Positions 37,498 to 48,057 of a stretch of 64,000 bases of DNA are shown here, piece after piece. The stretch is from positions 1 to 64,000 of the IMG/VR virus record IMGVR_UViG_3300033816_000195; one strand, written 5' to 3'. This DNA comes from a virus. The notes under the pieces are model-generated. The model was given only the letters and a program-made list of their open reading frames with translations. It did no database searches and was not told the DNA's origin. The position numbers and the translations under genes are program-made. Each line of letters opens with the position of its first letter. The stretch's first letter is position 1.

Positions 37498-40400
37498 TTA
37501 CAATTCTTCTATAATGTAACCTTGATCAACATATCTTTTTAGGTCTTCTTTATTTTTAATATCCATTTCAATAGCCCCACCATTTTTCTTGTTCCACCAA
37601 CCAGTTTTAAGCCAATCAAAAAAACCTTCATCTGAACCTTTAGAGAAATCAGTAGTATTTATTACATTTTGAGTCCATTTATTTCTTTCTGATAATCCTC
37701 TTCTTTCATATTGCTGGAGCATTTTATTTTTATCTCCTTTTACAACTCCTTCTACAAAACTTGGGAACGGATTTAAGCTACCTAAATTATATGCATAATC
37801 AGTAAGCATCATTTGACTATTCTGAGGTAACTTGTCATAAGTTCCTGTACCATATTTTTTATCTACATATTCTTCTGCTTTAGCCTGATGAACTAATACA
37901 TCTTTTTTCTGTAAGTCTCTAGCTTGTTGTTCAGTCAAACCTGAAGCAAATGATTCACCAGGTTTTAATTTATGTCCATAAGCTATAGTATTAGCACCAC
38001 CCTCAATACTAGAATGTGGATACCATTTATTATTTTTGTAACCTTTTTTAATAGAGTTTTCTAAATCTCTTAAATCTGATAAGTATTTTTCTAGAGTAGC
38101 TGGGTCTAAATCTTTAGGAGATAGTTCTCCTCCCGGAGCATAGTTATTAATGTTACCACCTTTTTTATTTTGTGGTTCAGTATTATTTTCAGATGTACCA
38201 TAAGCAGCTGCACCGGTTCCTAAACCTGTCGGAATAATATATGGTAATAAAGCTTTAAATTTATTAGGATTAGTTAAATCAAATTCTCCACTATTACCCC
38301 ACCTAGATTTAAGTTGTTGTGCCTTATTTAAATTATGCACTTCAACGTCAATAGGGTTTAGAGTACCGTCCATTATCTTTTGAAACTCTACTCTGGATAT
38401 ATCTTTACCTGCGGGTGAATTTAAAAAATCTGCAAAATGATCTGTCATTACCCAGTCATTTAAAATTCTAGGTTCTCCTGACCAACCTCTTTCTGTCATT
38501 GTAGGATGTTTCTCTAACATCCAATTTTTAAAAGCTTCTAAATTTTGAGCTTCTAATTCATTAGCAGGTACCTGATCAATTGCATTTAACCTAGCATAAT
38601 TAGTTCTATATGCCGGATCTATAACCTCTTTACCCTTATCGTCAATATAAGGTAAACCATACTTTCTATTCTTATGTCCTATAGGATATATATTTCCATC
38701 TATAACTATTTTATTAGTTGTTTGTGGCATATATAATTGACTTATCCCTTCTGGTGGAGCTTCTGTTAAAGATATAGCCGGCTCATCTAATGTTCTATTA
38801 TAAGCTCTTGCACCATATTCATCTTTTGTTGTAAATACAACCTTAGATTTGTCACTCCAATCACTTTTTAATGCATCACTTTTATCACCCCCTCTATATG
38901 TTATTTCAGTTCCTTCAGGATAAGCTTGTTTAAACTTAGTACTTTGTTGTTGAATAAATTGTTCTGGTGTTCCTTGGAAAGGAGTTCCATCTGCATTTGT
39001 CATCCAAGTACCATTAGCTTTTGTTTGTTGTTCAATAATATTATACTCTTCAGAATTTTTAATTACATTTTGAATATCTTCAGCATCATAATTTTTATTA
39101 TGTTTTTTTACCCAATTAACCCAATCTATTTCTGATTCAAAGTTAGGAATTGTTTTAGGAGTTTTTGTTCTACTTCCTAAACCAAGCATAAGTGGTCCAG
39201 GAGGTCTATTAAAAAACTCTTTTAATTTAGCTGATTTAATAATAGGTTTTGCAACTTTACTTGCTGTATTTGATGCATTTGCTCCTTTAGAATAATTTTT
39301 ATATCTTGTATGTGGTTGAAGTGGATTAGGATTATATAAAGGTAGTTCTTTACCAGTTGCTCCTGTTATTTGATCTTCTAGATACTGATAACCTTTATTT
39401 GAAAATACAGGATCATCCGGTGAAAAAGGAGAATAATTAAAATCAAACTCACTTATATCAATATCTTCTCCTCTAAAATTCTTAGCATAAACAGGTTGTT
39501 TAAAAACTTCCTCTGGTGCTGCTTTTATTACTGTTGATTTTCTTGGATAAAAAATATTTTTTCTAGGGATAATGTATTCATTAGCATTTATTTCTGATTG
39601 AAACATAGTTCTAGGTTGCCCTGGTAATACAGAACCTTGTGCTGTTTTTAAGTTTACCACATCTGAATCACTTAAAATATTTTTTTTCCAAAAAGGTATT
39701 TTTACTTCTTCTATCACCATATCATCTCCCATAAAAACACCTCTCCTGCCTTCATTTCCTTTTAAATATTGTGACATTTCTTCCAAGTCTGTTGTAAAAA
39801 AATCTCCTTTTTTATTTACTTTAGTTATAAGTTCTTTTTGTTTTGCTGCATTTATAGGATCATCTCCTAAACCATAATTTAAATTTTCTAAATTTTTATC
39901 AAATGTACTAGCTCTATATCCTCTTGTAGGATATATTACATTATCTGCGTATTTTAATCCACTTTTTAAAACAGGTTTTGCAACTTTACCTGCTGTACCA
40001 ACAACTGGTAAAGCACCTACAACATCAAGAGCAACACCTAATGCATCTGTGTCAACATCAACATAGTCTTTATTATCTCCAAATAGTTTACTACCTAGTG
40101 TCATAGCACCTTCAACAAGAGTTTCAGGAACTTGACTTATACCTGTAGTTAAATCACCTGCAAACTTTAAAGGATCATCTATCAGTCTTTCTCCAGTTCT
40201 TATAGCAGAATTTATACCTGTAATTTCTCCAACTCCAGATAAAGCTTCTGATAAATGTTGCATATTTTGACGATCTCTATTAGCATTATATGTTGCTTCA
40301 TCTACTGATATGTTTTCAATACCTTTTAATTTATTTTCTTTATTTACTTGAGCAGCCCTATCTGCAAAACTAGATGTTGATTGTTTTTTTGCTACTGGTT

Positions 40401-41517
40401 TTGAAACAGCAACTGGTTTTGCTTTAGCTACTTCTTTTTTAATAGTAGCCATTTCAGACTTACTTAATGTAGGCATCTTGTAACCTGTGCCTGGTTTAAA
40501 TGTACCACCAGGTTGCATCTCAGGTAACTCTTCTACTACATAACCTCCATCAACATATTTTTGTATTTCATTATCAGAAACATTTAAAGTAATACCTCCA
40601 TCTTTTTCCTTAGGTACATATTTAAATCTTTGTAAATCTAGATCATATACTGGTGTACTATCATTAGCTCTAGGACTTGCATAATGACCAGCTATTTCCA
40701 TCCAGGTTGTGTCACCTTCTTTAAATCCTGGTTTACCTGATTTTAAAAATACTCCTGTATTTGGATTAACACTAAAACCATGATAATATCCATCATAAGG
40801 ATCTGGTTGCCAATCAGAATTCATTTGTAAAGCTTCTTCAAAGTTTTTAGGTTTACCTAATGCATCCCACATACCATAGTGATCATATTCATTTGGATCA
40901 CCATAAAAAGAATAAGGTCTCCTATTTTCAGGAGCTGATTCAGAATACTCTAGAAATTGGTTATAATCTTCTGGCTCATTTTCTGTTCTTATTGGCTTAA
41001 ATGGCATTGGTGTTTCCTCTGCTTCTGGATCAACAGAAGTAAATGGATTATAATTATAAGGAACACCGCCATCTTGATAATACTTAGCATTAGGATCAAA
41101 TACTTTTCTTTTTTTAGATTTTGGTTTCTTAAATAGAGGATTTTCTGTAAACAGTTTATTTGTAGCAGAAAGACTCCTTGAATATTTTTTAGAAGCTAGA
41201 CCCTTTTTAGTTGGTTTAGGCATTTGTACTAAACCTCCTTTTTTTGCCATAGGAGTTTCATCTACATAGTCTGCTCCTGGAAAATTATATTCTTGTCCAG
41301 GATACATCATTTGTGGTTTACCAATATTAGGTTGTGCAAATACAGGATAAGGTACTCCTTGCATAGTAATATCACTAGAAGGTATTCTAGTTTTTTGACC
41401 CGGGAATTTCCATTGACCTTGTTCAGTATAAATAATATCTTTTTTATACGGATTAGGTTTCTTGTATTTATCTAAATCTAATTTTGCTTTAGATAAGGCT
41501 TTTCTATTATAACTCAT
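37498..41517 (-). CDS. polyvalent virion protein: ADP-ribosyltransferase-like domains and C-terminal lysozyme-like domain
   Basis: ART-like unit YR…FFTTD…EYIIP. ART-PolyVal-like unit YRG…VFTT…AY…QLKSRWGNSGEFD. Lysozyme-like unit LENS…YPHSSIEGGANTIAYGHKL…DYAYNLG. Confidence 0.65.
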   Translation of the reverse strand: MSYNRKALSKAKLDLDKYKKPNPYKKDIIYTEQGQWKFPGQKTRIPSSDITMQGVPYPVFAQPNIGKPQMMYPGQEYNFPGADYVDETPMAKKGGLVQMPKPTKKGLASKKYSRSLSATNKLFTENPLFKKPKSKKRKVFDPNAKYYQDGGVPYNYNPFTSVDPEAEETPMPFKPIRTENEPEDYNQFLEYSESAPENRRPYSFYGDPNEYDHYGMWDALGKPKNFEEALQMNSDWQPDPYDGYYHGFSVNPNTGVFLKSGKPGFKEGDTTWMEIAGHYASPRANDSTPVYDLDLQRFKYVPKEKDGGITLNVSDNEIQKYVDGGYVVEELPEMQPGGTFKPGTGYKMPTLSKSEMATIKKEVAKAKPVAVSKPVAKKQSTSSFADRAAQVNKENKLKGIENISVDEATYNANRDRQNMQHLSEALSGVGEITGINSAIRTGERLIDDPLKFAGDLTTGISQVPETLVEGAMTLGSKLFGDNKDYVDVDTDALGVALDVVGALPVVGTAGKVAKPVLKSGLKYADNVIYPTRGYRASTFDKNLENLNYGLGDDPINAAKQKELITKVNKKGDFFTTDLEEMSQYLKGNEGRRGVFMGDDMVIEEVKIPFWKKNILSDSDVVNLKTAQGSVLPGQPRTMFQSEINANEYIIPRKNIFYPRKSTVIKAAPEEVFKQPVYAKNFRGEDIDISEFDFNYSPFSPDDPVFSNKGYQYLEDQITGATGKELPLYNPNPLQPHTRYKNYSKGANASNTASKVAKPIIKSAKLKEFFNRPPGPLMLGLGSRTKTPKTIPNFESEIDWVNWVKKHNKNYDAEDIQNVIKNSEEYNIIEQQTKANGTWMTNADGTPFQGTPEQFIQQQSTKFKQAYPEGTEITYRGGDKSDALKSDWSDKSKVVFTTKDEYGARAYNRTLDEPAISLTEAPPEGISQLYMPQTTNKIVIDGNIYPIGHKNRKYGLPYIDDKGKEVIDPAYRTNYARLNAIDQVPANELEAQNLEAFKNWMLEKHPTMTERGWSGEPRILNDWVMTDHFADFLNSPAGKDISRVEFQKIMDGTLNPIDVEVHNLNKAQQLKSRWGNSGEFDLTNPNKFKALLPYIIPTGLGTGAAAYGTSENNTEPQNKKGGNINNYAPGGELSPKDLDPATLEKYLSDLRDLENSIKKGYKNNKWYPHSSIEGGANTIAYGHKLKPGESFASGLTEQQARDLQKKDVLVHQAKAEEYVDKKYGTGTYDKLPQNSQMMLTDYAYNLGSLNPFPSFVEGVVKGDKNKMLQQYERRGLSERNKWTQNVINTTDFSKGSDEGFFDWLKTGWWNKKNGGAIEMDIKNKEDLKRYVDQGYIIEEL
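39244..39997. repeat. 25-bp direct repeat (24/25 identical) at 39244-39268 and 39973-39997
   Basis: aggttttgcaactttac(t/c)tgctgta, 729 bp apart and in frame. Confidence 0.9.
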
Positions 41518-44500
41518 TACCTAAGTGATATTTGGTTTTTACTATTTGTAAGTTTAATTATCATATTCACATCATTAGAAATTTCTCTTTTTAAATGGAG
41601 TATATTTAAATAATGTCTAAACTTCTTTCTTTGTAATTCTGGTTTAGTTAAATCTAAGTTAGCTAAATTTAATTCTTTTCTATAACCATCTGCTCTAGTT
41701 ACCCAAATATTTTCACTAGGATAATTTCCTAAAAGTTGTGTAGTATCTGGTACTAATGGACCTTGTGGTGGATAACCTGAACCAATAGGAAACTCTCCTC
41801 TATCTTTTGTTATATCCCAGAACTGATTAAATCTATATTTGTTTTCTTCTTTAGAGAATAATATATCAAACCCTGGTAAACCTACTATAGTATCATCTAT
41901 AATAGTTGGTATAATCGGATTAAACTTAGGATAATCTAAACTAAGTGTTACATTATTTTTAGGGAAAATATTTAAATTTAAATACCCGGATACTTGTTCT
42001 GAATTATATATTACTGCTTTATCAAAATTATAATCTAGTACATGGAACTGATCAACACAGTTACCAGCTTTTCTCTTATAACATTCTAATATATATTCTA
42101 TAGATTTAATTGTAGTTACAGTCTGTCCTGTAATAATTGGCAGTTCTATTTCAAAAGGATAAGGAGTTCCATAGTAATTACAGAAATTATCGCACACATA
42201 ATTATGTATCCATAAAGTATTACCTTTTGAAGTTAAAAATGTAGTTTTTGTAGGGAATGTTAAATCTGGATGCCAGTCATGAAAACTTATCCAGAAATTA
42301 TTTTTAGGGTCAAAACTTATTGTCCAAGATGCACTTTCAAATAAAGCAGGATCACCAATTAAATATTTACCTTTTCCACCTACTGTAAAGTAATCACCCC
42401 TACCTTTATATTTTCCTGTTGAAACATAAGGTACATATTCTACAGGACCAGCCGGTCTTTGTTCTATAGGTTTTAATTTATAATCTTTTTTAGCAAAATA
42501 TAAAATAGAGTTTTGATTATCATAGACAGATTGTATTCCAATACCAGCAACAGGATTATCTTGCCATGGGTAATTAGGAAAATCTTCAAGTAACTTATAT
42601 GGTAAGAATAATGTAAACCACCATTTTAAACCTATCTGAGATATTTCTTTTAACATGTTACCACCATACTGATATATCTTTGCTTGGTTTTGAGAAACAT
42701 AGTACAAACCAGCAGGAGTATTTATTACAGACAATCTATTTTGAGATGATCCATATTCATATGGTTTATCTGCATTTGATACTGTTTGTTGTGGTTGTGA
42801 AAATAAACCTCCGTCACCTATAGTAATTTTTGTATTAAGATCTGTCTGAAGAACATCTACACCCTGATACATTAATGGGCTATCATTTTTAAAAGTAATT
42901 AATATACCATTTTTATTTATTGACTTTACACCAGATATTTGTGATTTAAATTCCTTATAGTTATTTGGTAAATATACAAACCAACTATCTTTAAATGCCT
43001 CTTCTACTTGTTGTAAAGAATAATAAATTCTATCAGGAAAATATGTATAGCAAAGTTTAGAAACAAAAGGATCATAATATCTAGATTGTAAATTACCAGA
43101 TGAAAAATACTGATTATATAATTTACTTACACTTAAAGAATAGTCATATTCATAGTAATCTCCTTGAGTAATATTTACAGGATTCATATCAAACAATACA
43201 GGTAAATCTGTATAGTTATATGGATTGTATACTTTTTCAAATTGTTGTGAACCAGCTTCTCTAAAATCTACAAGAACATCACTCTCTACATAAAAATCTC
43301 TAACAGAAGAATTAGCTAAATAGAAATAAGAATTCTTTACACCAAAACCAACAGCAGGAGGATAGTTACCTTCAGCATCTGTTTGATAGTTATAACTATT
43401 GTGATCTAGTTGATAAAAGTTTCTTGGTCTAAATCCTCCACCAGGATAACTAGGCGAAAGGAAGTTTGCTGGACTCATTTCTGAAATATCATATCTCTGA
43501 GAGTTTATCCAGAATCTAGGATTTATAAACATTCTTCTTAAAAGATAATTATACTCAAATCCATTTGGAAAATCATATAACCAATCATTAAAAAAGAACA
43601 TTGTGTTTTTTTCAGCATACCTATTAATATAAGTATCTCCACCAAAAAATATAGGAGTTTTAGTTAAAGACTTAACAGTATAATTACTATTTACTCCCGG
43701 AGTACATTGAAATGGTCCTGTTTGTACAAAGTAATTAATATCTGTAGGGTCTGTATAATTTATTTTTTGTTCACAAGGTGTGATTACAATTTGTTTTATG
43801 GAATCTAATTGTCCATACTGATTTTGTAATCTAACTTTTATAGCTCCATAATAGCTAGCAATATTTTTTCCAAAATCTCTATCAGGAGTAGCTTCATAAC
43901 CTAACTGACCAACAGTAACTAATGATTTATCATTTTGTAAAAATGCAGGTCCTTTATTTAAACCATTTGGATAACTAACATTATATCTAGGACCTGTAAG
44001 AGTTCTTAAAACTACTGTGTCAGATCTTTTAAGATTATTTATTTTATATCTATACCACGTACCGGGCACACTATTGTTTGCATAAGAAGGCATGGTTTGT
44101 AAAGAATCTCTTAAATAAAAAGCCTCTCCAATTTTAAATCTTTTTAAATTACTATCTGATAATGTTTGTGTAATATTCCAACCATCATAAAATCCATAAG
44201 CTTGTTGTTGAAGTGCATATTGTCTATATGGTAAGAAAGCATATATAGCATCAAGTGTAACATTAGCACCTTCAGAAAAATAATATGCAAACTTATTTAT
44301 AGCACCTAATACACTAAAACCTGTTTCTAAATATGCTGGTAAATATGAGTTTGCATTAGATTCAACAGATAACCAAGGAGCTGTATAATTTCCACCAAAA
44401 GCTAAAGCATTTTCATTAAAATTTTGTAATAGTTGTTGTTCTACATTAGTTCCTGTAAAAGCATCTAATAAAAAACCACCTGAAAGATCATAAATACCTT

Positions 44501-47012
44501 CTTGAGCATTATATAACTGTAATTGTGTATAAAATAAAAAAGCATCATCTAAGTTAGTTTGTATACCAATTGGTAATGTATTACCTCCCACTTCAGGTAA
44601 TTGATATTGTGCAGTAAAATTTCCGCCAGGTTGATTGTAAACTCTTTTACCTAGTAAAGATACTATAGCTTCTCCAAAACCTACAAATAAGGCTGTAGCC
44701 CATGCTTGATCACTTATTAATTTAAACTGAGGGTGTTTAGAAGGTTCAACAAATTTTTGATCTGAAACTCCTGATATATAACCATATGTTTTAAATTCAG
44801 TAGCTGATAAGAATGGATTTCTAAATGTAGTATCTGGAGAGTGAAATGAAATAATATCTTCCGGTATACTTTGATTTAATACCTTACCTCCTGCATCAAG
44901 AGGGTCAGGATCATTAGGGTCAGGAATTCTAATAAAAGGATCATTATATAAATAATTATGATCACTTGGATTATTAGTATTATATGGAGGATATATACAG
45001 TTAAACGGATGGTTTAAATATAAACCTCTTGTTCTTAATGAAGATTGTGTATTATTATAATCTCCAATGTCTTCATAAGTTCTAAAGTTATTTATCATAC
45101 CTTTAGCAATAACACTTCTGTTACCTTCTCTAGAACTTCTTAATATTTCATATCCTACAATACCTGGTATATCATTACCATCATTATCTTTTGGAAAAAT
45201 TATATTTTCAAAATATACTCCTAATATTCTTATAGAAGGAACATCTACTTGTGAGCCTGTAGCATTTACATTAGGTGTAAAATGTGGATCTGTAGTATTA
45301 TCAGGAAACTTATGGTGTCTAATTTTTTTACCACATAAGTCATATTCTTTTGATGCACCTGCTTGTCCAGTCCAACAATGTTCACTTGGGTTCCAAATTT
45401 CTGCTTGATTATCAGGATAGTTTTCTGTTGATTCCCAATAACCCATTTCACCCACTCTATTTACTATACCTCCATCTGGTAAAACTATTTTACCACCTAT
45501 TGTTTCAGTACCCGGAATATTTACAGGTAATAAAGTACTAGCAGTATTATATACTTCAAATACTTGTTCTGTTTTTAAAGGATCTGTTGAATCATAATAA
45601 AGGATGTTTTTTCCATTATAACTTGTTGACTCTTCAGGATAGGTATTAGTAGTTCCTGGTATTGTATAATTTTTAGGAGGTCTCCCGGGGATATGATAAG
45701 AAGCAGACTTATCACCTGTATCATATACCCAACGTATAAAGAATGCATATACTTCATCTCTTAAATAACTAGTTTTATTACCACCATTTACATAATAGTT
45801 AGCAGGATATTCAACTGAAGCCCAACGGGATCTAATTAAGTTTGCTAAGGGTTGATAATTAAAATCAAACTTAGATGTAGGTCCTACTCTTAGTAAGTAA
45901 TTGTTTACTTCAGTAATCTGATCTGACTTTTCAAATACTGGTGTTTGTAAAGGAATGTCTTCTAATGGAACTGTAAGAGTATCTTCTTTAATTTGATCTA
46001 AAGTAATTCTGCTTGTATTAGTAGAATATGTACCAATTCTTTTTGCTACTGTACCATTATTAATACACTGTACTATTACTAATTCAAACTCATCAAAATT
46101 TTCTGAGTCTGCACTTACTTCTAAATCTAAAGAACCCTGTAAATCTTCAAATGTGTAAACAAACTGATAATTACTTTGTGAAAAATAATCTGTTATTTTC
46201 TGACCCTTTATACTATAAGCTATTGTTGCAAAGTAAGTACCGTTTCTTAATGTTCCTCCTGTTACACCTAAACTTAATTTAAGACAAGGTGTACTCATTA
46301 ATCTTGCTAATCTTATTTTATCACAATCTAATTTATTTTGATCTACACAAAACTCACAAGGATTATTAGTATCTATTGGTGTACACTTTTGTGTCCAAGT
46401 TACTCCGGGCCAAAGTATTGTATCAGATGTATTATTATAATTAGTATAAAAGTTTACACTATTAGTATAGTTACTTTGTGACACAGACCAAAAATAGTTT
46501 GCAGGATCTGGCCATAATTTAGGATCCCCAACATTTAAAAATCTATCTGGATTTAAACCATCTGCCCAATATACTTGCCAAGTACAATCTTCTTTTTCTC
46601 TTGAAGAACCTGATATTAAAAATCTTTTATCAAAACCTAAACAAGCATCTTGTACAATAGGTCTATATATACATTTACTTTCTTCAAGAAGACCAATCTC
46701 TGACATTACTGTAACACCATTTACATCATGACCAGCTGTATATATAACCCAAGTATCACTGAATAAATGTATTCCTCCTATAATGTATTTATTTACTACA
46801 GTAGGTGGCATTGTTGATCCGGCTGTTGCACAAAGATAGTTTGAACTCTCATTTGATAATGTACCTAAGTCTCCTTCTGCTGTATTGTTTACAGCATTTC
46901 GAGCATGTAACCACATACCTTCAGATACAAATGAAGGATCAGAATCTTTATTAAGACCTTTTGTAAATGTATTAGTTAAATTCTGCGCACTATTTTGTAT
47001 GTTCTTTGCCAT
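41517..47012 (-). CDS. tail stabilisation / muzzle protein (crAss-like)
   Basis: 1831 aa. N-terminal NTFTKGLNKD…HARNA; also RDEVYAF, IRHHKFP, GGDTYI and WISFHDW. Sits between the ring proteins and the cargo genes. Confidence 0.85.
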   Translation of the reverse strand: MAKNIQNSAQNLTNTFTKGLNKDSDPSFVSEGMWLHARNAVNNTAEGDLGTLSNESSNYLCATAGSTMPPTVVNKYIIGGIHLFSDTWVIYTAGHDVNGVTVMSEIGLLEESKCIYRPIVQDACLGFDKRFLISGSSREKEDCTWQVYWADGLNPDRFLNVGDPKLWPDPANYFWSVSQSNYTNSVNFYTNYNNTSDTILWPGVTWTQKCTPIDTNNPCEFCVDQNKLDCDKIRLARLMSTPCLKLSLGVTGGTLRNGTYFATIAYSIKGQKITDYFSQSNYQFVYTFEDLQGSLDLEVSADSENFDEFELVIVQCINNGTVAKRIGTYSTNTSRITLDQIKEDTLTVPLEDIPLQTPVFEKSDQITEVNNYLLRVGPTSKFDFNYQPLANLIRSRWASVEYPANYYVNGGNKTSYLRDEVYAFFIRWVYDTGDKSASYHIPGRPPKNYTIPGTTNTYPEESTSYNGKNILYYDSTDPLKTEQVFEVYNTASTLLPVNIPGTETIGGKIVLPDGGIVNRVGEMGYWESTENYPDNQAEIWNPSEHCWTGQAGASKEYDLCGKKIRHHKFPDNTTDPHFTPNVNATGSQVDVPSIRILGVYFENIIFPKDNDGNDIPGIVGYEILRSSREGNRSVIAKGMINNFRTYEDIGDYNNTQSSLRTRGLYLNHPFNCIYPPYNTNNPSDHNYLYNDPFIRIPDPNDPDPLDAGGKVLNQSIPEDIISFHSPDTTFRNPFLSATEFKTYGYISGVSDQKFVEPSKHPQFKLISDQAWATALFVGFGEAIVSLLGKRVYNQPGGNFTAQYQLPEVGGNTLPIGIQTNLDDAFLFYTQLQLYNAQEGIYDLSGGFLLDAFTGTNVEQQLLQNFNENALAFGGNYTAPWLSVESNANSYLPAYLETGFSVLGAINKFAYYFSEGANVTLDAIYAFLPYRQYALQQQAYGFYDGWNITQTLSDSNLKRFKIGEAFYLRDSLQTMPSYANNSVPGTWYRYKINNLKRSDTVVLRTLTGPRYNVSYPNGLNKGPAFLQNDKSLVTVGQLGYEATPDRDFGKNIASYYGAIKVRLQNQYGQLDSIKQIVITPCEQKINYTDPTDINYFVQTGPFQCTPGVNSNYTVKSLTKTPIFFGGDTYINRYAEKNTMFFFNDWLYDFPNGFEYNYLLRRMFINPRFWINSQRYDISEMSPANFLSPSYPGGGFRPRNFYQLDHNSYNYQTDAEGNYPPAVGFGVKNSYFYLANSSVRDFYVESDVLVDFREAGSQQFEKVYNPYNYTDLPVLFDMNPVNITQGDYYEYDYSLSVSKLYNQYFSSGNLQSRYYDPFVSKLCYTYFPDRIYYSLQQVEEAFKDSWFVYLPNNYKEFKSQISGVKSINKNGILITFKNDSPLMYQGVDVLQTDLNTKITIGDGGLFSQPQQTVSNADKPYEYGSSQNRLSVINTPAGLYYVSQNQAKIYQYGGNMLKEISQIGLKWWFTLFLPYKLLEDFPNYPWQDNPVAGIGIQSVYDNQNSILYFAKKDYKLKPIEQRPAGPVEYVPYVSTGKYKGRGDYFTVGGKGKYLIGDPALFESASWTISFDPKNNFWISFHDWHPDLTFPTKTTFLTSKGNTLWIHNYVCDNFCNYYGTPYPFEIELPIITGQTVTTIKSIEYILECYKRKAGNCVDQFHVLDYNFDKAVIYNSEQVSGYLNLNIFPKNNVTLSLDYPKFNPIIPTIIDDTIVGLPGFDILFSKEENKYRFNQFWDITKDRGEFPIGSGYPPQGPLVPDTTQLLGNYPSENIWVTRADGYRKELNLANLDLTKPELQRKKFRHYLNILHLKREISNDVNMIIKLTNSKNQISLR

Positions 47013-47013
47013 A

Positions 47014-48057
47014 TTATTTTACTCTATTAAATCCTAGGTTTCTATAATAAGCACTATTAGGAGAATATGATTTAAACATATCATAATACTTAGAGTACAT
47101 TGCCTTTCTATTTGTCCACCATAGCTGTTCCATTTCTTTAAAGTTTGGAGTATTAACTACAGTAAGAGCTTGATTTCTTGCAGGTCTTAATCTTTGTTCA
47201 ACAAGTTGAAGTCTTTGCATTACATCTTCCCCATTCATATATAGATTCTCAAGAATTCTTTGTTTAAATGCATACTCATAATATTCATTTATAAGATCAT
47301 GATCTGGTACCAATAAGTTACCTTGATCATCTTCCATCTGACCCTGATAGTTTAAATATACTTTTCCAGTTTGAAATGTTGTAAATAAAAAACCTCCTTT
47401 AATCCAACCTTGGTTTACAGTATTATAGTAAAGATTAGGACAGTCACATTCTATTTCTTGACTAGCCTTCATTCTAAGTGGAATAAGATTTTTATATATT
47501 CTTACATTACTTGTATTTATAATTTGTACTAATTCATATTGTTCACCTTTGCAATTCATAAAAACTCTTGGAGCAATACAAGTATCTCCGTATGGATTGT
47601 TAGGATCATATTGAGTAGGTATTGGATCTGCTATAGGATAATTAAGCCCGCAAGCTGCTGTATGATTACATGGATTAGAATTACAGGTTCTACAGTTTAC
47701 TGTGGGTGCTGCGCATGTATCTGTTGTACTAGGTACTTCTTGATAAGGTACTTCTTGCACATTAGTACCAGAAGCCCATCCATCATAACCTACTCTTTGT
47801 TCAAATTCACCACAAACAAATGCAAAGTTAAATGTATAAAAATCATCAGGTAATTTAACTTTACCATGACAGACTTCTAATATAATTTCTTTCTGCTGAT
47901 TTATTCTTAAACCTAAATCATAGTTTAATTTTTTAGCTAACTTAATAAGAGTCTGTGGCTCTATCATGTTCTCTAAAGCAAATGTATTTAAGTCAATAGA
48001 TACATCTTCCAATAACTGGTCAAATGTACGGTACCGGAGTGTATAATTATAATCCAT
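47014..48057 (-). CDS. tail ring/tubular protein with Cys-rich insertion
   Basis: Motifs KVKLPDDF and GKVYLNY…DDQGNLLVPD resemble crAss ring protein 1. Adjacent to the muzzle gene. Confidence 0.7.
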   Translation of the reverse strand: MDYNYTLRYRTFDQLLEDVSIDLNTFALENMIEPQTLIKLAKKLNYDLGLRINQQKEIILEVCHGKVKLPDDFYTFNFAFVCGEFEQRVGYDGWASGTNVQEVPYQEVPSTTDTCAAPTVNCRTCNSNPCNHTAACGLNYPIADPIPTQYDPNNPYGDTCIAPRVFMNCKGEQYELVQIINTSNVRIYKNLIPLRMKASQEIECDCPNLYYNTVNQGWIKGGFLFTTFQTGKVYLNYQGQMEDDQGNLLVPDHDLINEYYEYAFKQRILENLYMNGEDVMQRLQLVEQRLRPARNQALTVVNTPNFKEMEQLWWTNRKAMYSKYYDMFKSYSPNSAYYRNLGFNRVK

